From assembly GCF_006345805.1 (NCBI RefSeq), contig NC_043000.1, positions 131,626,001 through 131,690,000 of the forward strand: DNA of 64,000 bases. The letters are read 5' to 3'. Each line of letters starts with the position of its first letter. Within the stretch, counting starts at the first letter, position 1. The notes beneath the pieces are model-generated. The model had not been told where the DNA came from. It did no database searches and worked only from the letters and a program-made list of their open reading frames with translations. The position numbers were made by a program, and so were the translations under genes. Positions 52,300 through 64,000 of the stretch are shown in pieces. The DNA comes from Octopus sinensis. Its lineage: Eukaryota.

Positions 52300-52957
52300 A
52301 ATTATATGAGAATGATCCCTGGCTTACCATCCCTGCAAGAAGTGCAAAAGATTGTCTTAACTGGTACATCACACGTATTGAGAAGAGCATTGTCGATGTG
52401 AGAACTGTTGCTGCTCACGTATTTTAATTTAACTTTAAAAAAAAAAATTTTTTTTAAATATGAACGAACTACTGAGTTTGGTTTAATGGCCTACCAATGT
52501 ATACTATGAGTTTCTTTGCCCTAGGAGTCGGGAAGACACTCGGCAAGAAATGGAAGCAAATTTGAAAGAAGAAAAAAAAAGGAATAATAATAATAATATA
52601 ATAATAATAATAAAATAATAATAATAAATAATAATAATAATAATAATAATAACAAAAATTATATGAGAATGATCCCTGGCTTACCATCCCTGCAAGAAGT
52701 GCAAAAGATTGTCTTAACTGGTACATCACACGTATTGAGAAGAGCATTGTCGATGTGAGAACTGTTGCTGCTCACGTATTTTAATTTAACTTTAAAAAAA
52801 AAAAAATTTTTTTAAATATGAACGAACTGCTGAGTTTGGTTTAATGGCCTACCAATGTATACTATGTGTTTCTTTGCCCTAGGAGTCGGGAAGACACTCG
52901 GCAAGAAATGGAAGCAAATTTGAAAGAAGAAAAAAAAAGGAATAATAATAATAATAA
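52294..52957 (+). mobile_element. Tandem duplication (period ~357 bp) of an R4/Dong-like 3' end in (AAT)n
   Basis: Two near-identical copies (52294-52600, 52651-52957) encoding IPGLPSLQEVQKIVLTGTSHVLRRALSM* plus 3' UTR and AAT tail. Confidence 0.9.
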
Positions 52958-54087
52958 TGGCCGAGGGAAAAGGAATTAAGAAAGTAGACAGATGGCATGT
53001 TGTTCTAACAGGTGCAAACAGCACAGATTATACAGAGGATGGACGTATTTTTCCGATGCTCTGAACTGGCAACAGCTAACCCAGCAGGACAACTGAAAAA
53101 AACAACTGTAGAAAACTGGAAGATCTACTGTTTTCTGTGAGTAATTTGAATTTCCCTCAAAATAAGTTAAGGGACTTACATATCTACAGCTCATACAAAC
53201 GTACACCTAACAAGAAAAATTAGAAACATAAATATCTCCAATTTTGTGTGAACATTTAGCCGTCTCTCATGACTATAAGAATGTGTAAAATTGCCTTTTA
53301 TTGTAACAACACAATTAAATGCACGATAAAAAATTATGGAAGTAAGCACCTGCTAATATATACATACAACTGAATTCAGAAATTAAAAAAATATATACAT
53401 AACATTGAATTCAGAAATTTTTTAAAAAATCATCGACGTAAACATCAGATAATATGTGTGTGTGAGTATACATATACATATACATATGTATGTGGAAAGG
53501 AAGAAAAGAGAAAGGGGAAAAAAATAAATAAATGTAAACAGGTTTGACCTTTTACTGACCATTAATGTCCTTTGTCTCCACCATCTGCTGAATCTATTTA
53601 TAGACCCATAGAACATGACCTCTTTAACCAACCATTCCCCCACACAATGGCAGTAGTGGTGATGAGGGTGGCTGTGACTACACATAAAACAATGTCATTG
53701 ATGATGATGATGGTGATGGTGATGTTGATGATGATGATGATGGTGATGGTGGTGAAGGTGATAGTAATAACAATAATAACTGACAGATCCCTTTTTTTTT
53801 CTTTTCTTTCTCCGTATTTTATTCTCATTATTTCGAACTAATACAGGCAGAGTGAGCCTTTTATAAGTTTAAAAGAGGAAGGGAAAAGAAGGAAGAAAAA
53901 AGGGGAAGAAGGAGATAGAAAGAAAGAGAGAGGAAAAAAGGAAGAGAAGGGGGAAAATGTTCGGAGATAAAACTATCAACAAAAATAATACAGACGAATA
54001 CAAATCTGCTAGCCTTAAGAAGCTGCGCTACGAGCAATGCTTACGTGTAGAGAACCCTAAACTGACAGATCCATCTCCTAATATAAG

Positions 54088-57000
54088 AATGGAAGCTCGT
54101 CATGCTTCAATGTCAACAAATCAAACAATAAACCGCATTGGTCGTCGCGCGGATTACAAAAGACCACGTACCAGAAAATTGAACCAAATTCTGATTGAAA
54201 AATCAGCTACTGGATCAAATCTTCCCAACACACAGGAGCTGGACGTACCCCACAACCGGAATATTCCAACAGATGGCCATCCATGCTCGTCACCAAATAA
54301 TCAAAAGGAAAAGAAGGAAAAATAGTCTAGGGAAGATAATAAAGAAGTTCTTGAGGCCTTCTACCATGCCATATATTTCCCCACAGATAAATCTAACACT
54401 GTACAAACCTACTTAAACTGGAGACAGAAACACCCTGAAGTAAGACCCTACATAGACAGTAACAAACTTGCCAACGTCAGAAGAAACATTATAAAAAAAA
54501 ATTACTGACTGAAGTAGAGATTGATCAAGTTAGACAAGCAATATCGGATAAAATGAACGAAGCTGCAGCTAGAGAAGATAATACAGAGAAATAATTATAG
54601 ACCAGCCCAGGGCTGATAAAAACGAAGTAAGGATTGAAAGAGTTAGTATAAGTGATAGGCAAAGTGAAATACTCCCTGAACCAATCATAAACACTAAGAC
54701 AGATGAACATCAAATAGATAAAGAAAGTCACACAAATATTGACCCAACAGAACTACATGAGCTAAAAAATAAAATCATGATTGAATGGCTGAAAATTAAA
54801 GAAACCAGCATGGATGAACGTGATACACTCCCTAAAATCCGCAACTCTAACCAAAACATGAAAATAATTGGTAAAATCCGGCTTGCACTTAAGGATATAA
54901 TTTCAGCTAATGATGTTGATATCACAAATCTCAACCACCTATACTATGCATCCGCGAAAATCTCAACGATCCTATGTGGTGTAAAGATTAGAAAACGGCA
55001 ACATTCCCACAAAAAGCCTTCTTGGCAAGAGCGTCTGCAACAACAAATTAAACTATTTAGATCTGACATTGAATATTTGAAAAACCTTAAGGTTCACAAG
55101 ACTACCAAACCTACAAAAACCCAAAAATTGCTGAAAAAATACAATATGAAAACTATACTTGATATTGATGCCACCATAGAAACCATCAAACAAAAGGTAT
55201 CTGCCAAAGCTGCCCGCATAGCGAGGTATGAAAAGCGTGTTAGATTTTTCAAGGACAACAACATGTTCAAAAATAACCCCAAAAATTTTTACAGGAAGAT
55301 AGGAAAAACAGCGTTTACTGCAAGGTCTGTACCATCAAAAGAAGAAGTGCAGGGATTTTGGAATAAAATTTGGGCAGAAGAAAAAACACACAACGAAAAG
55401 GCCCCCTGGATTGACAGAATATCTACAGAACTGGACCCCTTAGAAGAGCAAAAGTGGGAGGGTGTCAAGGTAGAAGATATAAGATCTGCTCTCAGGAAGT
55501 CAAGCAAATGGAAGTCTCTAGGAAAGGATAAAATTCCTAACTTCTGGCTGAATGCCTTCCCAGAGAGCCATGAACTGCTAACAGAACTGTACAATGATGT
55601 TTTGCAACACCCTAGTAGGATGCCTCCTTGGCTAGTTAATGGGTTAACATTCCTGCTTCCAAAAAGTGAAGAAACAAATGAACCAAAAAACTATAGACCT
55701 ATAACCTGCTTAACAACTATGTACAAAACGCTAACATCTGTCCTGACGGAATATACTTATAGTTTTTTAACAGACAGCAGCATATTCCCTAATGAACAAA
55801 AAGGATGTAAACGTGGATCCTACGGCTGTAAAGATCAACTACTCATCAATAAGATGATCTTAGAAAATTGTCACAAACGACACAAAAACTTATCAATAGC
55901 CTGGATAGACTATAAAAAAGCTTTTGATAGCCTACCACATAGCTGGATTAGGAAATGCCTGGAAATGTATAAGATAGCACCTACTCTGCGAAACTTTTTG
56001 ACTGTAAGTATGAGATCATGGAGAACCACACTAACTCTGAACAGTGACAATGAATCCCTAAATGCTGGTGATGTAAAAATTTCGTGTGGCATTTTCCAGG
56101 GTGACTTACTGTCACCACTCCTCTTTTGTTTAGCCTTAATACCTCTCTCAAAACTGCTCAATGACGCGCAGTACGGGTATAAAATGTTTGATAAAAATAT
56201 AAATCATCTCATTTACATGGATGATTTAAAGCTTTTTGCAAAAAATGACCAACAACTCAAGGGCTTACTAGCGATAGTCAAACAATTCAGTGACGACATC
56301 AGAATGCAATTCGGCCTCGATAAATGTGCAAAAGCTACCTTTATCAAAGGAAAAATGACAGAAACATCTAACGTTAACCTTGACCAGCAGAATGTCATAA
56401 AAGAACTAAACCCAGCGGAGAGCTACAAGTACCTAGGGGTAATTGAAGGGAACGGAATAAGGCATTCAGAGATGAAGGAAAGGATCAGGAGAGAATGCTA
56501 TCGAAGAGTAAGAGCAATACTCAAGACAGAGCTGAATGCAAGAGACAGGATCGAAGCGATCAATGCATTAGCCATACCAGTCGTGACTTACAGTTTCAAT
56601 ATCGTTAACTGGTCAATTACTGAAATATGTCAGCTCGACAGAAAAATAAGAAAACTGTTGACAATGCATAGAATGCACCACCCTAAGGCAGATACAGAAC
56701 GACTTTATCTGCCAAGAAAAGAGGGAGGCCGTGGTCTTTTGCAACTGGCAATAACAATGAAGATTGCTACAATTGGCCTAGACACCTACCTGAAAAAGTC
56801 TGAGGACTGGATGTTAAAACATGTCTCAAAACATGAAAACAAGAAAGCATCATACTCAGTAACAAAACAGGCAAAGGATTATCTAAGTGAATTCCGAATA
56901 CAACAAATTTCGGAATTAGAGATAGACATACAAGAAACAAGCACAGAAAAAGCTAGGCGCATGAAAACCCGTGCCAAAACTGCGGCCTTAGATATTCTGA

Positions 57001-57973
57001 ATAATAAATGGCAAGAAAAACCTCTCTATGGCAAATACCCAAAAAGAGCGAATAATGCAGATATTGACAAAGCCCTGACCCATCAATGGCTAATGGCCTC
57101 TGGCTTAAAATCTGAAACAGAAAGGTTTATCATAGCAGCTCAAGATCAATGCCTACCTACAAGAAACTACCAGGCCAACATATTAAAGAACGGCAGTAGC
57201 CCAACATGTCGTGTATGCCGACAACAAAATGAAACCATTGATCATGTTGTCTCCAAATGCAGTCTTCTAGCGCCTACAGAGTATCTCAACAGGTATGATA
57301 GAGCTGCACAATATATTCACTGGGTAATTTGCAAAAACCTGGATTTGCCCCATGAAAAAAACTGGTGGGAACACAATCCACCTCCAGTGCTTGAAAATGA
57401 CCACATCTCACTCCTCTGGAACTTCACCATTCAAACTGACAGAAAGATAGATGCAAATAGGCCAGACATCATATTGAAAGACTTCAGACAAAGAACATGC
57501 CTCATCATTGATATGACTGTCCCAATCGATATAAACGTATCTGTCAAGACCTACCAAAAACTGAGCAAATATAAAGATCTTGAAATAGAAATCAGCAAAA
57601 TGTGGAACCTGAAGACTAAAACAATACCTGTTGTCATAGGTGCCCTGGGAATGATAGCGAAAGGGGCTGATTGCTACCTAACTCAGATACCAGGAAACGC
57701 CAAAATGGCAGAAATTCAAAAGATAGTGCTCATGGGAACTGCTCATATCCTCCGCAAAATACTCTCTATGTAATCCCAAGGTTTAAAACAAACTTTTTTT
57801 TTTAATATATGTATCAGACATTCACTAGTACAACACCAAAAAAAAAAAAAAAACCCCAAATATATGGCACACTAGGAATAACAACAACGTGAACTTCCAA
57901 CCTGTTGTCTCTTGAGGTATCTGGGTGAGACTTGGAGCCAACTTGTACAGACATAAAGCAAAAGTCAAACATA

Positions 57974-58030
<57 letters not shown>
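54088..58030 (+). mobile_element. Near full-length R4/Dong-like non-LTR retrotransposon
   Basis: Disrupted N-terminal coding region (54088-54590), long open ORF, 3' UTR 57774-57975 and (AAT)n tail. Confidence 0.9.
54777..57773 (+). CDS. Reverse transcriptase / CCHC / restriction-like endonuclease polyprotein (R4/Dong clade)
   Basis: 998 aa: NYRPITCL, EQKGC, AWIDYKKAFDS, GIFQGDLLSPLLF, YMDD, FGLDKC, YKYLG, LYLPRKEGGRGL, AAQDQ, CRVC..ETIDHVVSKC, NRPDII..D..VP..K..KY. Confidence 0.93.
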   Translation: MIEWLKIKETSMDERDTLPKIRNSNQNMKIIGKIRLALKDIISANDVDITNLNHLYYASAKISTILCGVKIRKRQHSHKKPSWQERLQQQIKLFRSDIEYLKNLKVHKTTKPTKTQKLLKKYNMKTILDIDATIETIKQKVSAKAARIARYEKRVRFFKDNNMFKNNPKNFYRKIGKTAFTARSVPSKEEVQGFWNKIWAEEKTHNEKAPWIDRISTELDPLEEQKWEGVKVEDIRSALRKSSKWKSLGKDKIPNFWLNAFPESHELLTELYNDVLQHPSRMPPWLVNGLTFLLPKSEETNEPKNYRPITCLTTMYKTLTSVLTEYTYSFLTDSSIFPNEQKGCKRGSYGCKDQLLINKMILENCHKRHKNLSIAWIDYKKAFDSLPHSWIRKCLEMYKIAPTLRNFLTVSMRSWRTTLTLNSDNESLNAGDVKISCGIFQGDLLSPLLFCLALIPLSKLLNDAQYGYKMFDKNINHLIYMDDLKLFAKNDQQLKGLLAIVKQFSDDIRMQFGLDKCAKATFIKGKMTETSNVNLDQQNVIKELNPAESYKYLGVIEGNGIRHSEMKERIRRECYRRVRAILKTELNARDRIEAINALAIPVVTYSFNIVNWSITEICQLDRKIRKLLTMHRMHHPKADTERLYLPRKEGGRGLLQLAITMKIATIGLDTYLKKSEDWMLKHVSKHENKKASYSVTKQAKDYLSEFRIQQISELEIDIQETSTEKARRMKTRAKTAALDILNNKWQEKPLYGKYPKRANNADIDKALTHQWLMASGLKSETERFIIAAQDQCLPTRNYQANILKNGSSPTCRVCRQQNETIDHVVSKCSLLAPTEYLNRYDRAAQYIHWVICKNLDLPHEKNWWEHNPPPVLENDHISLLWNFTIQTDRKIDANRPDIILKDFRQRTCLIIDMTVPIDINVSVKTYQKLSKYKDLEIEISKMWNLKTKTIPVVIGALGMIAKGADCYLTQIPGNAKMAEIQKIVLMGTAHILRKILSM

Positions 58031-58032
<2 letters not shown>

Positions 58033-58059
58033 GTATCAAATTTTTCCACAAGGGCAGGA

Positions 58060-58240
58060 ATTTGGTGAGGCGGTGAGTTGATTACATCGACTCCAGTGTT
58101 CAAACGGTACTTATTTTATCGATCCTGAAAGGATGACAGATAAAGTCGACCTCGGCGGATTTTGAACTCAGAACGTAGCGACGAGCGAAATACCGCTAAG
58201 CATTTTGCTTGGCGTGCTGGCGATTATGCTTGGCCGCTGC
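58060..58240 (-). mobile_element. Diverged SINE family B
   Basis: GATTACATCGACTCCAGT...AAAGTCGACCTCGGCGGATTTTGAACTCAGAACG. Confidence 0.7.
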
Positions 58241-58335
58241 CTTGAGAAGAAGAAGAAGAAGAAGAAGAAGAAGAAGAAGAAGAAGAAGAAGAAGAAGAAG
58301 AAGAAGAAGAAGAAGAAGAAGAAGAAGAAGAAGAA

Positions 58336-58378
<43 letters not shown>

Positions 58379-58593
58379 ATGATGATGATGAAGAGAGTGG
58401 TGGTAGTGGTGATAGTGGTGAGGATGGTGATAAGGACCAAAATGAAACAAAATATAAAGAAAAATTAAACAGAGATGTTTAACGCATAAAGAAAGTAGAA
58501 ATGTTAGATCTGAAATATTCTGACTACCTCTTACATATCAATTATGGCATAGGCTTGAAGCAACAATATTTTGCAGTGCTTACAATAAGAAAC

Positions 58594-59168
58594 GGATCTT
58601 TGACCGGCAGATTTAAAAAATAATTTTTTGTAACTAAACACTTTTAAACTTCGTATACTGATAGAGTGTGTCACATAAAACATCTTTCTTGTAAACACAA
58701 GACACCCAACCACCAAAATCTGGGTTACACACTAAGTACATATTTAATTTGGTATATACACCCTTAATGTTAAATATATAATTTATTAATGCCCTCTATA
58801 TCGTAATCGTTTTAATCGGTTTAGCCCTCATAATGCAAGTTTAATGTTTCATATAAGTTGTGGCATCCGGTGCCGGCGACTGAGTATCGATCTATTTTAT
58901 TGCATTTCAATCTGTTTCTTAAACGAAATATACACCGCCGGAACTTCTTGTTGACAAACAACAACAGTAATTATATTCACCTCAATAGACGTCATTGATT
59001 GGTTGAAATTGCCGAAATACGAGAAATTTAACAGCTTTCAGAATTTTCTCAAGAACGCCAAGAGAAAAAGATGTTTTATGTGACACATTCTACCAGTATA
59101 CGAAGTTTAAAAGTGTTTAGTTACAAAGAAATTATTTTTTAAATCTACCAGTCAAAGTGAAAAGATCC
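58594..59168. mobile_element. MITE with ~105-bp TIRs (TTAA at right end; Kolobok-like?)
   Basis: 58594-58700 is the reverse complement of ~59060-59168; ends GGATC.../...GATCC-TTAA. The family assignment is tentative. Confidence 0.75.
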
Positions 59169-59870
59169 TTAACAAATAGATTACAAAGCTTTATTCGAAC
59201 AATTTGGGATAGAGAAAAGAAATGGTTGTGTCTCTACGAGACAACTGAGAAAGTAAGGTGAATCAAAGCTAAAGATGGACTGCCATTTTATAAAAAGCTG
59301 CAATCAAATTACATCATATTCCATCACGGAAGGAGAAACGCCTTTAAAATATCAGAGTATTGGAATTGAGTGCACTCTTGCTGGCGATATAAAACGTGAG
59401 AAGAAATAATTAACCTAAATGTTGTTTTTGAAGATTACTAATAAAATAGTCTTTATAGTTTTAAAAATATGAGTTTAACGTTAAGTTAGATATTTAATTG
59501 TATCGCCTATGTAAGATCAGTGGGGTTTTTTTCTTAGTCTTCGACATTCACGGAGCTTGATGTTTTCTTCCTGTCTTTATTTACTTATAATAAAAATTTG
59601 GTGACATTGTGACGCAATAGTCTTTTGTATATTTGCTGTTTCATATATATTTATGATTTTCCCCAGCATAACTTGTTTATGAAATGCTATTGCGTTTTTA
59701 GATTGTCATTAACTTCCAATATAACTTCCATTATTAATAATCGGGTTTTTCCATATATTTGTCCATTAACCGATATTTTCTTAGATAAAACCCTGGTTAT
59801 AATTCTTTGTACATTTATTTAATGTTAGTACATTCCTTTGTTTAGCTGCTAAATAATTTTCAACATACCA

Positions 59871-60326
59871 TACAGACGTGGCTGTGTGGTATGAAGCTTG
59901 CCTCTCAGCCACATGGTTCCGAGTTCGGTTCCATTGCGTTTCACCTTGGGCAAGTGTCTTCTACTATAGTCTCAGGCCGACTAAATCATTGTGAGTAGAT
60001 ATGGTAGACGAAAACTGAAAAAAAGCCCGATGTATATGTGTGTGTGTGGTGTGTGTGTGGTGTGTGTGTGTGTGTGGTGTGTGTGTGTGTGTATGTGTGT
60101 GTATTTGTCTTTGTGTTTGTGTTTGTCCCCAACAGCGTTTGACAACCGGTGTTGGTGTGTTTACGTCCCTGTAATCTAGCAGTTCAGCAAAAGAGACCGA
60201 TGGAATAAGTGCCTAGCTGAAAAACAAATAAGTACTGAGGTCGATTCATCCGACAAACAATATTCTTAAAGGCAGTGCTCCAGAATGGCCGCAGTCTAAT
60301 GACTGAATCAAGTAAAAAGTAAAAGA
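59871..60326 (+). mobile_element. SINE family A, full length (diverged)
   Basis: GTGGCTGTGTGG...GAGTTCGGTTCC...CACCTTGGGCAAGTG...AAGTAAAAAGTAAAAGA. Confidence 0.88.
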
Positions 60327-61004
60327 TATGCGTACATACATGGTGATTGTTCCACCTTCATAGATGCTTGTACTTCCTCGTTGTCGATGGCATTTCTATG
60401 ACTTTCTACCCATGGCCTCTCAAATGACTATTCAGTTCCATTTCAGACCTGCTTGGTTTGAAGCATAGGTGGCAGTCGAAAGATGTAACTTACTGTGCGC
60501 TTCCAACTCTTTAGGTCTGCACACACCACCACTCTTCCATCGCCAAAAGACTTTCAGTAGATGGGATGACAAATGAGGTCATCTATACATCATTAGGATA
60601 TAGTGATAAACGCTTGTACAACACGAGTACCGCTGTCTGAGTTTCTGCGATTAGTACCTAGTGACAGGCAGAAGCAAGATAACCGGTAGTCACTTAAAAC
60701 CGCAGGTTTTACGTAAGAGTGTCCTTCTCCTACAAGGATGCTGTGACAACAGCTAGGGGTTCCTCACACACAGTGATTTTACTGCGCGCCCTGACACCAA
60801 CCAAGAGTATTTCTGTAGCCCCACCCTCAGACGGAATGTCATCACACATCCTAATTTACTTATAGCTGAGAACCTGACAGGTGCTACTACTCCGGGTCAG
60901 AGTAGTCCTGTGAAAGTAGTGATTGGGCAATAATTTCACACTCCTTAAGCTCCAAAACTCCAAACCAAAGCCCCGCTATTGGATGCGGTTTAAAGTCATA
61001 GGAC

Positions 61005-61035
<31 letters not shown>

Positions 61036-61082
61036 CATACATACTACATACATACATACATACATACATACATACATACATA

Positions 61083-62045
61083 CATTATTATTATTATGGT
61101 TCCCCCCTCGTTATCGAGTATGGCCATTGCACGAAGTTTAACTGTTACTGCTGCTGTGATCGAATGTGACTTTTTAGCCCAGCTAAAGATCTACAATGTC
61201 TTGTACAAAATTGGCAACTGAAACCTTTACTGGTAATAGCCGGCTGTAGTTGTAACTGGGCTTCATGTACCTTTGCATGTCGTTTAAGTCCTCCTGCCGA
61301 ATTACACTCTCTTCCACACGCCCGACAGATATGATTAGTATGGTGTGTTACACCACCACCAGTGGCCAGGTTGTCACTCATCTGTCTCGTTTTATGACTA
61401 CGAAGATGACTCATGAGTCCAGCTTTACTGAGGCAGGGTCTTACACAGACATTGCATGTCAGAATCAAAGGAAGACCCTTCCCTTCTGGAAGTGTAACAG
61501 CGATGCCCTTCCTGACATCCCTCCTTACTTTCTCATGTGCAACTCGAGATTTCTCAAACGTGGCTGTCCCCTCATGCACAATCCTTCTCCACCTGCTTCG
61601 ATCAATAGCTATGCCTTCCCATGTATCAGGAGAGATGCAAGCATCTCTCAAGAAAGCCTTCAGCAAGTCCTTATACCTCTTTTTTGGTTTATGTTGAGGT
61701 CGTTCTCCTTTAGCTAACTCTCCATAAAAGAGTTGTTTTGGCATCCTTGAATCCTTCATTCTGACCAGATGACCACTCCATCTGAGCCTTTGCTTTAACA
61801 CAAGAGCTTCTATACTTTCACACCGAGAGCCTTCGAGTATTTCAAGATCACTGATGCGGTCCTTCCACTTAATGCCATAGATCCGTCTGCAGCATATCTG
61901 ATGGAAACGTTCCAGTTGTTTAAGGTTGTATCGAGATGTGACCCACGTCTCGCAGGCATAAAGAAGAGAAGAGAGCACACACGCCTTGTACACCTTTATC
62001 TTTGTCTTTCTGCATATGTCTCGCCGACTCCAGAGGCGCTTTTCT
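61083..62045 (-). pseudogene. RTE (BovB-like) LINE 3' part with three C2H2 zinc fingers
   Basis: TKIKVYKACVLSSLLYACETW, LERFHQ.C.RRI..IKW.D, LRWSGHL.RM..SRMPKQLFYGEL, KRYKD, DRSRWR; C-x2-C-x12-H-x3-H repeats; (AAT)n tail. Confidence 0.92.
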
Positions 62046-64000
62046 ACATACATACATACATACATACATACATACATACATACATACATACATACATACA
62101 TACATACATACATACATACATACATACATGCATGCATGCATACATGCACAGTGATTACTCCATCTTCTCAGATGATTACCGTCTCTCTGCTTCCTCGTTG
62201 TCAATGGCGTTTTTTACTTTCCATCCGTGACGTTTCAGTTGACTACTTAGTCCCACAGCAGATCAGCAAGTTTTGAAACATAGTTGATAGACAAACATTG
62301 CAACATTGACTGATAGTGTCACTTCGTGGGAAATAACGTTTGTGTATTGTCGTCTGTCTTTTCAGACCTGAAATAGACTTGCAAACTTTTACCCATATTA
62401 CACACATCGAATCACCTAGTCTAGGAGGAAGTAGGTGGCATACAGTTGGCCTTACATGTGTATGTGCATGTATGTATGATTTTTCTTTGAGTTTAATTTA
62501 AGTTCTCGAGACAGTTTAAACCGGTTGCTAACAAAGCAGCTAGGCTTCTTGAGTTAAGAGAGTTTCCGGTATTTTTAAATAGGTGGTTGAGTTGGTATGT
62601 TGGTTGAATTGTCGATGCATACACCCAAGCGAGTGCATCTATTCACGTAAGAATTCTTTAAGTCACTTCATGTAGCCTATCGAGGGATCTTCTCTAGCCT
62701 TTCTGTAGAACTGCCATAGGTCTTGGTTCAGTTCAAAAGTCCACTGGAATTTTTCTCAATAGTTCCGTGATCTGCGATAGCTGATTCCGGGTTCTTTCGT
62801 CACCATGATGCATGTACTTTCCACATGGTTTATATTTCATTGTTTGGTTACTAAGGTCTTTAAAAAAAAAATGTTATTTCTTTGCATTTGCGTAAGGAAA
62901 ATAACCATTTCCTTAATGGCAAAAATTATAGGTTATAGTACTCGTTATTTGGGATAATGAATAGTCTTTCGTGAAGGGCGCTTCAGAAGGCATTCGTCAT
63001 CCATTCTACAATTCTAGCAATGTGACGAGATCAACGTAGCTATGCTCTGCACAGGAGGTTGTGGATGTAGGCACTACCGCTATAAAGGATTTCAGTGTCT
63101 AGAACCTTGCCGTGCTAAAGAATGAACACCAATTTTGCGTGGGCTGTTTAGATAGAATACATTTGTCTTCTTGACGTATTTACTGTAAACAGTTTACGTC
63201 TCACTGGTATTTAGAAAATTTAGCACAACGCATCTGCTTAGACCGTCAGCTTGGTTTCGAGGTTGAGATCCTTCCTCACCCAAATACCAAATGCGAATTT
63301 ACAGAAGGCAATACTGATTTAGCAATTCTAATGTTTATTCCTTCGTTATTATGGACAATTCTCACGAGAGTATTCTTTCTTCAGGACAACAAATTATACA
63401 ATGTTATGCATATGTTACACAAAAAGATAAAGATAACATAAAAACTAGTTATCGTTATACATATCGATTTCTGGACAAAAGAGAACCAGAACGTTTAAGT
63501 TAATGGCAGAAGCAAATGGTCAAGGGAGGAATAAAAGTGAATTTCAGCTAGCATAATTTACCCGACTGTCAACGGGCGTCCTAGAACGAAGTGGTTGCGA
63601 AACCCATCGGTACCTTGGCTCTGGAGCGCTCTGACCACCCAGGAAGGTGCGGGTTGCAATGCAGACAGTAGCACAGAATGAAGCACCAGAGGAGTATCCA
63701 GGTGGCATGACCTGATGTAACCCGTCTCTTTGGAGTGTATGGAATCAAGAGCCGAAGTATTTGCATGAGAAAGGCCCCCTTCTCTGTTCAACTCTAGCAT
63801 GATTTTCTTACTATCTACTTACGCACACCCACACACACATGTGTACGTGCGTGTGCATATGTGTATGTATGTATGTATGTATGTATGTATGTATGTATGT
63901 ATGTATGTATGTGTGTGTGTATGTACGTACGTATGCATGTATGTATGTATGCACATATGAATATATGCATACACATGTATATAATAACTTTTAGGGCGTA

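Noticed and set aside
53950-54090. HDV-like ribozyme expected at the 5' end of an R2/R4-type LINE
   Set aside because: An AGC/GCT hairpin is present, but P1, P1.1 and P2 could not be paired.
63575-63625. GAAA-CC-CATC-GG-TA-CC hammerhead-like stem III
   Set aside because: No CTGANGA upstream and no stem I pairing.

Overview
Repeat-dense eukaryotic (animal) genomic DNA with no recognisable host gene. The SINE families, microsatellite load and TE mix point to a coleoid cephalopod, probably Octopus; this is inference and needs BLAST. Almost all listed ORFs are artefacts of (CA)n, (TA)n, (TACA)n and (AAT)n arrays. Real coding remnants belong to transposons: a decayed piggyBac, Tc1 and DD37D mariner-like elements, Penelope-like elements (RT and GIY-YIG pieces), CR1, an RTE LINE with three C-terminal C2H2 fingers, and several R4/Dong-like LINEs. 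One R4/Dong copy keeps a 998-aa open RT plus restriction-like endonuclease ORF. There are three abundant tRNA-derived SINE families, MITEs and a solo LTR. The most notable layer is non-coding RNA structure. I find six hammerhead-ribozyme (HHR) folds with canonical or near-canonical cores plus several decayed ones. They sit in fold-back elements of conserved geometry and in a 323-bp permuted tandem unit that looks like a reverse-transcribed circular retrozyme-type RNA. There is also a U6 snRNA-SINE chimera flanked by an 8-bp target-site duplication. All folds and alignments were done by eye, family names are unverified, and single-base indels in repeats may be assembly errors.
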